Shown: positions 12,819 to 24,672, counted from the first letter of the whole stretch. The stretch is 49,078 nt of DNA, filler included, from Catajapyx aquilonaris (GCA_000934665.2; 2 parts of 2 records of this genome joined end to end with filler, not necessarily neighbours in it), one strand, 5' to 3'. Program-made: numbers and translations. The notes: generated by a model not told the origin, from the sequence alone.

Positions 12819-15014
12819 ATGAAGCTCGTAACATTACTACTTGGTTTTGCATTTTACATCGGAAATACGAATGCGGTAAGTTTTCTTCAGTATTTTATTT
12901 TTTTGACAATGATCTGTCTTACGTATTAAGAGAACAATCATGAAGCTGCGTGTTCCGACTTCTCTTAATAATAATGAATCACCCTGTAAAATGCACAAAT
13001 GGTTTTAAAAGTTTGTGTTCATCCTCAGCAAAGATCTCGTCGTCCTAACAAGGACAACCTTCTCTTAATTAGGCGCACACCTGGAGAGATTCAAGGTTTT
13101 TGTTATTATTACAGTATTATTTTTGTGTTTTGTTTTTATTTTACCAAAAATTCTACTTCATATAATTATAGAAATTGGCCCTGGGTATTACCTTATGGAA
13201 AATGGAGCTATTAGATTGGTTTCATCTGGAGAAATATCGGATAATGTGCAGTGGGTTTTTGAAGCGAAGGTATATACGTTGCAATGTTGGTAATGCTTAT
13301 ATCTTGATCCATCACATCGAAAACCATTATTATTTTCATTGACAATATTAGCCTGGAGAAAGATGCGCCGTCACAATGAGATGTCCTTGTGGTAGTCCGG
13401 CTGGAAGACTGTGCTTTAGACGTCGTCAGCCAGTGTATGAACGCTTTTCTTATATTACCCGAGTATAATCAGAGATTAAACACTAATGATGCTGACGACG
13501 GACGGCTCATTTACTCCTATTCAGGAGGTGCAGGATGGAATACAGCGACAGTCTGTACACTGAGCGAAGGAAAATTAATATCAGGCTGAACCGGAGGAAT
13601 AGCAAGGGCTTCTTTTGCTTCGTGTACTGCGCAAGAAGAGGTAATACACCCCTGTGTGTCATGTGTCAAAAAAACGGGACAATAGTTCTATTGTACTATA
13701 TAGGCTACACAGTAAGAATTGCATCAATTTTCAGGTCGAAGGATCCAGACTCCGGAAGTAGATTGTGGGGGAGTCGAACCTCCCACCGGAGAACCTGATG
13801 GTCCTACAACAACAGGAGTGCCAACAGATGCTGGGGAAGGTACCCCTGGAGCCGACGGAGCACCTGCTGATGGACCACCTCCTGATGAAGCGCCTCCTGC
13901 TGATGAAGCTGCAACGGCGGATGAAGCAGCAGCTCCTGATGGACCTCCACCTGGAGATGAGGCACCAGCTGCCGAAGAGCCTCCGGCTGAAGGGGAACAA
14001 CCAGCTGCTGAAGGCGAACAACCTGCAGCTGCTGAAGAGCCTCCAGCTGAAGAACCACCAGCTCCTGAGGAACCTCCTGCTGAAGAAGCTCCTGCTGAAG
14101 GTGAACAACCAGCTGCTGAAGAGCCAGCTGCCGAAGAAGCTCCAGCTGAAGCCGAACAACCAGCTGCTGAAGAACCACCAACTGAAGGTGAGCAACCAGC
14201 TCCTGAGGAACCTCATGCTGAAGAAGCTCCTGCTGAAGGTGAACCACCAGCAGCTGCTGAAGAACCAGCTGCCGAAGAAGCTCCAGCTGAAGGCGAACAA
14301 CCAGCTGCCGAAGAACCTCCGGCTGAAGGCGAACAACCAGCTGCTGAAGAACCTCCGGCTGAAGGTGAGCAACCAGCTGCTGAAGAACCTCCGGCTGAAG
14401 GTGAGCAACCAGCTGCTGAAGAGCCTCCGGCTGAAGAACCACCAGCTCCTGAGGAACCTCATCCTGCTGAAGAAGCGCCTGCTGAAGGTGAACAACCAGC
14501 TGCTGAAGAACCAGCTGCCGAAGAATCTCCGGCTGAAGAACCACCAGCTGAAGGTGAGCAACCATCAGCTGCTGAAGAACCTCCGGCTGAAGAACCACCA
14601 GCTGAAGAACCACCAGCTCCTGAGGAACCTCCTGCTGAAGGTGAAAAACCAGCTGCGGAAGAAGCTCCAGCTGAAGGTGAGCAACAAGCACCTGAAGAGT
14701 CGCCACCTGCTGCTGAAGCACCTCCAGCTGAAGGCGAACAACCAGTTGCTGATGAAGAGCCTCCGGCTGAAGAACAGCCAGCTCCTGAGGAACCACCTGC
14801 TGAAGAACAGCCAGCTCCTGAGGAACCACCTGCTGAAGAACAGCCAGCTCCTGAGGAACCACCTGCTGAAGAAGCTCCTGCTGCAGGTGAACAACCAGCT
14901 GCTGAAGAACCACCATCTGAAGGTGACCCACCAGCTCCTGCAGAACCACCTGCTGAAGAACCACCAGTACCTGAAGAACCATCACCTGCTGACGGAGCAG
15001 AAGCTGAAACATAG
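12819..15014 (+). CDS. Uncharacterised secreted protein (~566 aa): signal peptide, 8-Cys basic domain, long acidic E/P/A repeat
   Basis: Exons 12819-12875 (MKLVTLLLGFAFYIGNTNA), 13029-13095, 13172-13269, 13352-13434, 13525-13640, 13735-15014 join in frame through five GT-AG introns (1701 nt including stop). The last exon is the ORF-track 13719-15014 AEEPPAEGEQPA repeat. AATAAA at ~15048. Confidence 0.82.
13960..14990 (+). repeat. Coding minisatellite (AEEPPAEGEQPA and EEPPAEEQPAP units, 33-36 nt)
   Basis: Reiterated gctgaagaacc(t/a)cc(g/a)gctgaaggtgagcaacca units, length changes always in multiples of 3. Confidence 0.9.
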
Positions 15015-15244
15015 GCTCTCATTCACATGTATACTCATGCAACGTGTAATAAATGTTGGACCCATTGCGGTGTACAAAGTGTCGTCTCCTTCCCCCAACA
15101 TCTGTGTCCAACAGACAGTCTCCTACGTTTTCGAATATACCGCTGAAGAATCGGCACACCGACCCGAACGCACCCTCCAATTAGTTGCAGTCCATTCCCA
15201 CCGCGGACAGGAACGCACCCGACATCCATCAGGCAGGGATGAAA

Positions 15245-17084
15245 ATGGCGTCTGATCGGGTGAGTCTCTCTCCCTCCACACTTCCTCTCATGGATGGAGG
15301 AGCTCTCTCTCCTTCATGTCTTGCGATGGGTACGGCTGACACTGCCCCATGCAAGGTCAGGGGTCAACTCGTGTTGAGACGAATGCCGGGCAGGGTGGGG
15401 ATAGCCACATGGGGGAGGAGGTCACAGGGTGGGATGTTGGCAGTTGGAGACACACCTGCCTTCTCACACTTACAATAATTGTTTGAGGTGAAAGTAACAA
15501 TGGATTTCCGCCGCAAACAATAACTGGTTTGGTTACGCAGTGGTTACCGCTGGCGATCACATCGCTGGCATGTAAACGCACCTTTTGGGATGGTAGCCTC
15601 CAAAGTACAATGATTTTTATTTATTTCCATTATTTGTTATCCTGTTAGAGAGCAGAACCATGGTTATGACCAGGTAATGGTTGTAAGATAATATTTTAAA
15701 CATATTTTCAAAAGTACGCCTTTAAATATTGATTTCATTATTTTGTTGTATGTTTTTTAGTGTGTGTGTATTTTTTAAACAATTTTTTTTTTTCCCTGCA
15801 GAACCATGCAACCCCATTGGAGGAGATGGGATCTCGTGCCCACCAGTCGCAGGGCTGCATGAAGGTGTTTGTTCAGCGGGACTACACTGAGGGGACCAAC
15901 GTCAAGTTTCAGACCAAGTTTCCACAGGAGCTCGAAGGAAAAGTATGACGGACTTAATAGGCAATCATTTTATTAGCCTGTGAAGGGAGTGCGTCAGACT
16001 GGAATGGACGAGGATATTGAATGGGATGAAGCCATTGCGCATGGTTCTTTGTTTGAAGTTGGCATAGCACAATAGCAGCACATGTTTAAAACTCATTTTC
16101 CATTTAATGTCTTACTAATGGGTGCGATACATTTCCAGATTGAGCGTTCAGCATTTGAATACACCATAAGCCAGATGAATTCAATTTATGCGGAAGCTGA
16201 GCGACTAGGGTGCAGCACATACTGCGAGGGCTGCCTGGCCTGCCTCACTGCCTACATCATCTACGTCTGCGCAGAGACGCATTATGAGAAGGTGGTACAT
16301 GCATGGCGGTTGGCTCAAGTACCGCAACTAATACATGCTTCTTCCATTTCAGTGTTTGCGGAAAGTGTCAAAATTCGTGATTGAGCAGAACGAGCGAGTT
16401 TATGTTCCCAGGGGTCTGCTCATAACAGATCCCATAGAGAGAGGCCTACGAGTTGTATCCTTTTCATCCATATGATAAACTGTTAAGCTGCTCGATTTTT
16501 GGAGAAAGTCGTCTTAGGAAACACTTGTGTAGAAAAATTTTATTAAGCTGATCCATTATAGGTTGTGACCTCATAATCAGCAAACGGTAATTTATTGTGA
16601 CACATGTAAATAATCAGTATTTATGAACTTTGCCTTAAATGGGCTTACCTTCATGGGTAATGTATAGGTCTGGGATAGGGTCATAAACCCTGCCCACTAC
16701 TGAAGGTAGCTAATTTTATCGCCACCTGACTAATTGCACCTGTGCAGGATAATAACTCTGAAAGAAAAGGTTCCTGCTAAGAATAAACACTGCCCAGGGG
16801 CTATTAATCAGTTTCGGTATGGATTTGCTTAATTCTCCACAATTTTTATTGAAGAACTACGTGCATGGTGACAAATTGTTTTGTCATGCTGTAAAAGATA
16901 TCCAGTGATGCGTGAAGTTCTCTACTCACGTTTCCAATGAGCACAAAGCGAGCCAAATGAATGTTTTCACAGCCAATTTCGCCAAATTGGTTGTTAACCT
17001 TTTTAACGCTCGAGTTATCCTTAACTCCGTGCTTCACAGATCGAAGTTTCTATATTGACGGAACCCCCAACCCCACGCTCATGA
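15245..17084 (+). CDS. GOLGA7: Golgin A7 / GCP16 (Erf4-like palmitoyltransferase accessory subunit)
   Basis: Exons 15245-15259 (MASDR), 15802-15942, 16139-16291, 16353-16454, 17040-17084. Protein [30 protein letters not shown]...[64 protein letters not shown] is the GOLGA7/GOLGA7B signature. Confidence 0.94.
16455..17039 (+). other. U12-type (minor spliceosome) GT-AG intron in GOLGA7
   Basis: 5' splice site GTATCCTTTT, branch site TCCTTAAC at 17018-17025 about 14 nt before the AG at 17038-17039, no long polypyrimidine tract; removal restores ERGLRV|IEVSI. Confidence 0.92.
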
Positions 17085-18376
17085 CTTTCCCTTTCGACTT
17101 CTACAGAGGAGTTCTTCCTATGAGCCAACCGCCGCAAAAGGAAAAAAAAAGAACAAAAAATGCAAGAAAAAAGTCGACTCTCTCGAAAACATCGCTCTCT
17201 TCAGGGAGTCGCCACTTAATTTTTTCTCTCCTTAAGAAAACTCGCCTCATAGAGAAAGAAAAACCCGAATCAAGTGGCACCAAGGATTAGACTGCTAGAA
17301 AATATTGCTACAGAATTCCACACACACACACACACACATTTTCAACTATTTATTAGCGAGTGCATGTGTGGTCAAATGAATTCCCTGCTTTTCCCCTCAC
17401 ACACTTTTGTGTAGGATAATATGTTGTATCGATGGCACTGCAGATAGACTTAAAACCACAAGGGGTTGTGATGTGGCGAGGGGAATATTAATATGTTTAA
17501 AAAAAGGGGGGGTTAATTAGAGTGGGTGAAGACGCAGGCAGGCCACTTTTGACATATTTTGTACGTTTGTGACAGTTTGTACAATAGTTGTCGTGAAAGA
17601 GATGAATGTAACTGTTAGGTGTGAATGGAATGGGTGCCTTTTCTTCCTCCCCCGCCCACAGATTATAACTCTTTGAAATGAACGACAGGTCGTTTGCAAC
17701 ATTTCATTTATTCCGCCAGGATTACACCTCGTGCACTAGTAGCTCTTTTTACGTGCCATAACAATATGCTTTATTTCGCCTCCCTTTTTACTGCAGTTTG
17801 CTCTGTACATTCGAACCTTCTATTTTAACGGGCGGGCACAATTATTGTGTTTTGTACGTGCCGTCGAGCCCTATATATACGTGTAACAAATGGTTTCGGT
17901 TCTTGCGACTGTATCGGCGCACACTATTTTGTACAGCTAGGTACTGGGAATTAAATCTTGTTTCATGAATGGGATAATCAACTCTGTCTTATGAATGTTT
18001 CATTTAATTATTGTTCGTTTTATCACCACCATTGTTGCCAACAGTTTCCAACTGTGCAAGCAGGGTTGCCAACTCATGGTCGGTTTCACGGCGAGCAGGT
18101 TATGTTATAAATCCGAGTTTCTTGTAGGAAAATCTTTTCTTTCGGTTGTTGTCAACAATGGTTGCTATGGCAATAATTATTCTTGTTAAAACCGAGGTTC
18201 TGAAAATGTGGTTCGAAATTTTTTACCGGGTCATCGAAACAACTAAAGGTGACCTTGTAATCGTGCTAAGTTGGCGACACTGCTCACACGGTGGCCAACC
18301 GAAGATTGCTTACGTTGGCAATCTTGCTGACAGGGTTGCCAACATGGCGTAAATTGGCTACCCTGTTCTCACTGTA

Positions 18377-19020
18377 GCCAACCGATCACGGCGGTCAAGT
18401 TGGCAACCCTGCGCACGTGCATGGCTACCAACCGAGCATGTTGGCAATCTTGCTCACATTGCAAGGTAGCCAACCGATCACGGCGGTCAAGTTGGCAACC
18501 CTGCGCACGTGCATGGCTACCAACCGAGCATGTTGGCAATCTTGCTCACATTGAAAGGTAGCCAACCGATGACGGCGGTCAAGTTGGCAACCCTGCGCAC
18601 GTGCATGGCTACCAACCGAGCATGTTGGCAATCTTGCTCACATTGCAAGGTAGCCAACCGATGACGGCGGTCCAGTTGGCAACCCTGCGCACGTGCATGG
18701 CTACCAACCGAGCATGTTGGCAATCTTGCTCACATTGAAAGGTAGCCAACCGATCACGGCGGTCAAGTTGGCAACCCTGCGCACGTGCATGGCTACCAAC
18801 CGAGCATGTTGGCAATCTTGCTCACATTGCAAGGTAGCCAACCGATGACGGCGGTCCAGTTGGCAACCCTGCGCACGTGCATGGCTACCAACCGAGCATG
18901 TTGGCAATCTTGCTCACATTGCAAGGTAGCCAACCGATCACGGCGGTCGAGTTGGCAACCATGCGTACGTGCACGGCTACCAACAGAGCATGTTGGCAAT
19001 CTTGGTCACATTGCAAGGTA
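18377..19020. repeat. Tandem array, 7 x 92 bp, built from nested palindromes
   Basis: Units start gccaac at 18377, 18469, 18561, 18653, 18745, 18837, 18929 (partial at 19021); near-identical with a few recurrent variants; degenerate related flanks ~18030-18376 and 19021-19140. Confidence 0.95.
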
Positions 19021-19371
19021 GCCAACCTAACACTACATTGAGTTGGCTACACTGTTCGCACGGTAGCCAACATGGCACTGTCACGTTGGCGACACTGCGC
19101 ACATGGTTGCCAACCTAGCACTATTGCGTTGGCTGCCCTGCTCCCATAGTGGGCCGGTTCCGGACCCTGTCCAGTTCGCTCCCATCAGTGTGAACGTGGT
19201 TCGTCCGTGGCGCGCTTCCGCCTGTGGTGCCACCTGGCGAATACCTTCCCCTTGTGATCCCCTTTAAAAGAGCAGCTCTGCCACCTCCCGGCCGTGACTC
19301 CAACCGTCGAGGGGGCAGGTGATTGGGGGGCAGGGTTGGCCGTTTTTCGAAAAGGGAAAGTTGCACTGCCA

Positions 19372-19383
19372 GGCGCATGCGCA
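19372..19383. promoter_or_regulatory. NRF1/Ewg-type palindromic site in the likely RGS12 promoter
   Basis: GGCGCATGCGCA in a GC/CpG-rich stretch ~400 bp upstream of the RGS12 ATG; motif match only. Confidence 0.45.
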
Positions 19384-19779
19384 GTGGTGGCGGTTCGAAC
19401 CGTTTTGTAAAAACGGCCGCGGGGCATTCGCCGCATACCTTCTTCTTGCCTGCCTCTTCTTCTCCTCTACCTACGTTGCCCACCTTTTCAAGTGATCCCT
19501 CCTCCACCTCCACCACCACCTTTCCCTTCTTCTTCTTCTTCTCATGGTCCTCCCCCCTTTCGGATGGGTCTAAAAGGGCAGACCCTGTGACGTGGGCAGG
19601 TTCTTTAAAAGAAAAGAAAAAATTCCAAGAGGAAGGTGGGGGGAAAGGGGCAGAACATGGCTGCCCCTGGGCCGCCCCTGCCTGATGCTGGCTCCTCCTC
19701 GAGGTCGTTTGCAAGGTTGATGAGGGTGAAAGGAAGGTAAAACACCACTGGGCCTGAATGCCATAGTTCAGACGCAGAG

Positions 19780-21084
19780 ATGCATGTGTCCAGACGGAGG
19801 AAGAAGAGGGTGGTGCCTGGGACCAGGTCCGTTGAGGTGGTGCGTGGGAGGAATGGCTTCGGGTTCACCATCTCAGGACAGCAGCCATGCATCCTCAGCT
19901 GCATCGTCACGGGGAGTCCGGCCGATCTGGCTGGGCTCAGGCCGGGGGACTACCTCATCGGGGTGGACGGACGAAACGTGTCGCGTGTGCCGCACGACGA
20001 CGTGGTGCGGCTCATCGGGGCCTGCTTCGGTACGCTGCGGTTGCACATTGCGGACAGCTATGACTTCTCTGACACCTCGGACGAAGAGCCGGCTGTGGCG
20101 GTGCGACCAAAGTACCCCCATCGGATGGCACGGAAGCTGCCGCCAGCCACCGTGCAGATGATGCGGAGGCATGATGAACATCGGCACAAGAAGGTGTGCC
20201 ACTCTCCTGAAGCCTTGTACCACGCGGTTGTGGGCTACCTTGGCACTGTGGAGGTGCCGGCTGGAAGCTCAAAGAGCCATGTGCTGCGCAGTTGCATCCG
20301 TCGCTTGAGGCTGGAGAAACCGCACTCCATTGCGGTACTGAGTGTGTTGCCAGATAAGGTTACTCTCATAGGTGATTCAACCAGGGCTGAGTTTCCAGCC
20401 GAACGCATTGCATTTTGTGGTGCGTACGCCGAAGACCGCAAATGTTTTGGACTTGTCACGCAGAATAGTGCGAATTACAGTTCGTGCCACGTGTTCATTG
20501 TTGACCAGCCTGCCACCAGACGATACGAGTCGCCTGCAACGGCAGATCCAGTGCTCTCTGCCTTGTCGCGTTTGTTCCGTCGACATCGAGGTCGCACCGA
20601 CTATTTATTGTCAGCAGCGACTGCGCCGGTGCATCGGGCCAGCAGCAACTCCAGCAACAGTGATTCCGGCATTGGGTTCAGGGACGAATATGCCGACTGG
20701 ATCCTGCTGATGGATGGCGACTGTGAGCGAAAGACTGACCTAGGAATCGATGAGCGGCTGACGGTTCGTGCCATGCCAGACCCCAACATAGACACAACGA
20801 TGCTGTCGGATGAGATAAGTGCGGCCAAGCTGAGGAGCTCGATGCACAAGTACCTTCGTGAGAGGCAGGAGAGATTGGTGAAGGCGTCAAAGAAGATCAG
20901 CAACATTGAAAACGGTGGCCATGGTGGGTCGGCAGCAGTGAGGCGGAGAAGGCGGAAGGAAGTGGTTAGGAGCTTGGAGGACCTGCGGGATGAACTGGAG
21001 GAGCCCATGAGAGCAATGGACCAGTGCTGTGGAAGTTATCCAGGACGGAGAGGCAGGGATCCCTCCAGGACTTTGGATGATATG
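19780..21084 (+). CDS. RGS12: Regulator of G-protein signalling 12 / loco, PDZ + PTB exon (3'-partial)
   Basis: MHVSRRRKKR...RSVEVVRGRNGFGFTISGQQPCILSCIVTGSPADLAGLRPGD (PDZ), VVGYLGTVEVP...IAFCGAYAEDRKCFGLVT...SSCHVF (PTB), SNSSNSDSGIG. Donor ATG|GTAACT after 21084. RGS/RBD/GoLoco exons are not seen before the contig end. Confidence 0.9.
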
Positions 21085-23324
21085 GTAACTATATTTTGCT
21101 TAACTTTTTAACTGTTAACAAAATACGCAGCAGGTCTCTTTGGATTTGTATGCAAATTAATGTAATGTTGCTCAGCTCTAATAGACTTCAGAGAGCACAA
21201 TGGTTAGCGGTTAAGCTGTTGGTCAGCCAAGCGTAAAGGGTCTCCACTTTCACTTGATACCATCGCATTTCGCTTTTTATCTGTCATGTCCAGGCAGACT
21301 TTGCCTTTCTTAAGTACACGATGTCAACAGAAAAGATGCCGTGATCAAGCAAGTTTTTCTGCAATAAATTTCGGGTCTTCATTTTACATTGGTCTACGTA
21401 CCCTAATGCATTCGAAGGAGTGTGATAATGTTTGACTCAGAGTTGGGATTGGAAAGTGTTGTTTACGTCAACATTTTATAAACAATATCAAGATGTAAGG
21501 AGAAAGAGTGCATGAAAGTAGAAAGTGTGGTAATAGTGTGCGTAACCTCGCAGTGTATGGATCATACTTTGATAATGAACATAATGACCTGGGAACTGTT
21601 GGTGCGGAGCAAGGAGGGGTCGGAGCAAGGAGGGGTCGCTGGTTGAACTGATGCAGGATATTGTTTAAAACGATGCGATTAACCTGTAAATGAGGATGTA
21701 GCAGACCTGCATGCAAACCAAAAATATCCCACAATGGAAAACAATCACGCCCTAGACATAATTAAGCCAGTGAGCAGGCAGCCTTGGCCTCAGTGACATC
21801 CTTGGACCCCATCCTGACACGTGCATGTTGAGTCCTCAGACTAATAATACCCTTCCATTTAAGATGCCCACCCATCTCACCCAACCATGTCTTCCTGGGC
21901 CTTCCCCCTTAATCCTATTACCATCAGATACATCACCATGTGTAAACCTAATTAAAGCCAACCTCGGAAACAGTCATGACGCCCACTGCAATTTATTCAG
22001 ATAATGTCGTACGTCAGGCGTTGCACTATTAGTAGCTAAAACTTCAATGAGACTTTTATATTTGAAAGTACTGTACTTGGAAAGTGTTACATGCAGGTAA
22101 AGCAAAAACTGACGGATAATTAAAAGAAACCGCACATTGTGAAAATTTGTAGTGTTACAATGTTATGAGTATGTATTGTAGGGCTGGGCCATCCTTACTA
22201 TGTTGGAATTGCATTATTGTAATCATTTCCTGCCACTTTTTTAAATCCTTAGGGTCACTTCTTACATGGAAGCTGTCAACATGAAATATTGTGTCCTTCA
22301 ATGACTTGCCACGTATCAGATCTACCTGATAAGAAAGTATATATTGTACCCATAATTTTGAGCCAACACCCATTTCACCAGGAGAAGTAGTTCACTGCTT
22401 TTTAAGTGTAATTTCCCACAAGTGAACAATACTGTATATGCTATGGAATGTTAATTACCCTGCGTATTCCCATGCCAGGAAAAACTGGTGTCAAGGTCAT
22501 GATTAGCATTCTCCTGTTTTGTACAAGAAAATAAATCATGTGCCTTGTGTGGTCATGATTCACAATAATACGCACTTTATGGCATTTTTGGTATTGGCAG
22601 ACAAGCTTGCGTGAGCAATAGTTTGAAGTTGAACATCACCGAGGCTGGTTGATCATGATTGGGGCTTCACATGTAAGTTTTACGCATTATAACAAAGGCC
22701 TGAAACAGAATATTTGCATGGCACGATACCACAGACATGACAACATGCGAGACATACACATAATATTCTTTGTCAGTCTGTCTGGCCATTTCGATTGTTT
22801 TGCCCTACATTAAGGCATTATCAATATGCATTACCATAATCACTATTCAATTGGTACACTGACGTACAGTGAGTAATGAATTGCTTGATATACATTGCAA
22901 CTGTGGTTACATGAATGTTCTCTAGATGGCACAACTCATGCTGCAAGTGCTGTACGTAGTACACACTATAGGTCGAACACCTGTACGAAAAAGCCTGTGA
23001 TCACAGTGCCTTTCACGCCCGTGAAAAATACAAGCATTCACCAGAGTTCACCCTGCATATTTTAATGCAAAGTGGGCTCGAATTTTCCCTGCAATTTGAA
23101 GCGATTTGGCTTGCAAATGAGGCACTGAGTGATGGCAGGTACACCGCAAAAGGTCTGGAACCCTGCACGTTCTTTCTTTCTCAGGTTTGTGGCCCAGTTG
23201 TCGCAGTTGTTGACCCCCCTCAGCTATACAGTACATAAAACTTGGAAATTATGTTGAACCTAATTGCTACGAATATGACAATCAGAATTTAGTGTTAACC
23301 AGGGAAAAAAACCATAAACTGTGG

Positions 23325-23770
23325 GTAATTAGACTCAAGTTTTTGGGAATTTTTCCCGCTATAAATCAGCAGCATGTGCACTGTGCCAAAGTACTCTCAG
23401 TAGTACAGGAGTGGGTTAGGTAGCCCGGACATACACATCAACAAACTTTCTGATTTATATACAGCAGAAAGATTTCATGTAATTAGACTCCCCAAGTTTT
23501 GAGAATTTTTGTCCCTGAATCAGCAGCACGTACAGTGTGCCAAAGTACTCTCAGTAGTACAGAAGTGGGTTAGGTAGCCAGGACATACACATCAACAAAC
23601 TTTCTGATTTATATACAGCATAAATATTTTATGTAATTCGACTCCCCAAGTTTTGGGAATTTTTCCCTGAATCAGCAGCACGTACAGTGTGGCAAGTTTC
23701 ATCCTCTCAGTAGTACGGAAGTGGGATAAGGTAGCTGTGACGTGCATACCAACAAACGTTCTTCTTTATA
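23325..23770. repeat. Tandem repeat, ~3 x 154 bp
   Basis: gtaatt(a/c)gactc...aatcagcagca...ctctcagtagtac...gtgggttaggtag...catacacatcaacaaactttctgatttatatacagca recurs at 23325, 23479 and 23633. Confidence 0.85.
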
Positions 23771-24572
23771 ATGTAAGACTAGTGAAACACTTCGCTCGCA
23801 TTTTTCTAGAGCGCAGGCGTAGAAAACTGGTAGCTTCGCTCGCGTTTTTTTCTAGGCCTGCGGTCGCGAGTGGTTTTCTAGGCCTGCGGTGCACACAGTA
23901 CGTATTTTTTTAAAAAAATTATAATGATTGTTATAATGTAAGATTAAGTGGAACGTGCAGGTGATGTTGCTTACGACCTCCAAGCACGTGTTGAATGTGT
24001 CTGTGCCAGCAAAACACATGCCCCATACAGACCTTGAGCCCTTATCCACCCCCCCTCTTACACTCCTCTTCGTCTTTTTTTTAAATGTGTGTCCACCCCC
24101 CCTCTCCACGAGTCTCATTTTGATCCACATCCCTTGAGCCAACCCCCTAGAGCTGGGCTTAAAAAGAAGGCAGGAAGCAGAGGGTGGAGCCTGCTCCAGC
24201 CCCAATTTCCGCTTTCCAAAGGGGCCTCTTTTTTGACTCCTCACATAGTCAGTGTTGGTCAGTTAGGAAAGCAGGTGGATTTAACACATATCTCCCCTTC
24301 TAATCATACTATCAAATGATCATCGTCACAGGTGAAGGGATCCACATGAGGGGACTAACCGTAAGTAGTGCACACATAAATGTTTTTGCAAAATCGGGGC
24401 AGGATGTCGTAAAAATATAAATTCCCCTCAAGGGTACTGAGAGGGTACCGTTTCTTCCTGTGTGTGTGTGTGTGTGTGTGCAAGTCAGTGTGTGTTAGGC
24501 CGCAACCACATCCTTTTTGCCACCAGGTTTCGATGCTGCTGCTGTTGCGTTTGCATTTCCCGAGCAAGAGGC

Positions 24573-24672
24573 NNNNNNNNNNNNNNNNNNNNNNNNNNNN
24601 NNNNNNNNNNNNNNNNTTAATTAATTAANNNNNNNNNNNNNNNNNNNNNNNNNNNNNNNNNNNNNNNNNNNN
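24573..24672. other. Artificial contig-joining linker
   Basis: Exactly 44 N + TTAATTAATTAA (stops in all six frames) + 44 N. Confidence 0.95.

Noticed and set aside
13731..15255. Long overlapping ORFs (496 aa +, 402 aa -, 276 aa -, 187 aa -)
   Set aside because: Shadow frames of the GCT/GAA/CCA repeat, which lacks stops in several frames; only the E/P/A frame joins the signal-peptide exons.
18377..19020. CRISPR-like array of palindromic repeats
   Set aside because: Units are contiguous and near-identical with no unique spacers, no cas genes, and the context is eukaryotic; it is a satellite. Its repeated 68-aa ORFs are by-products.
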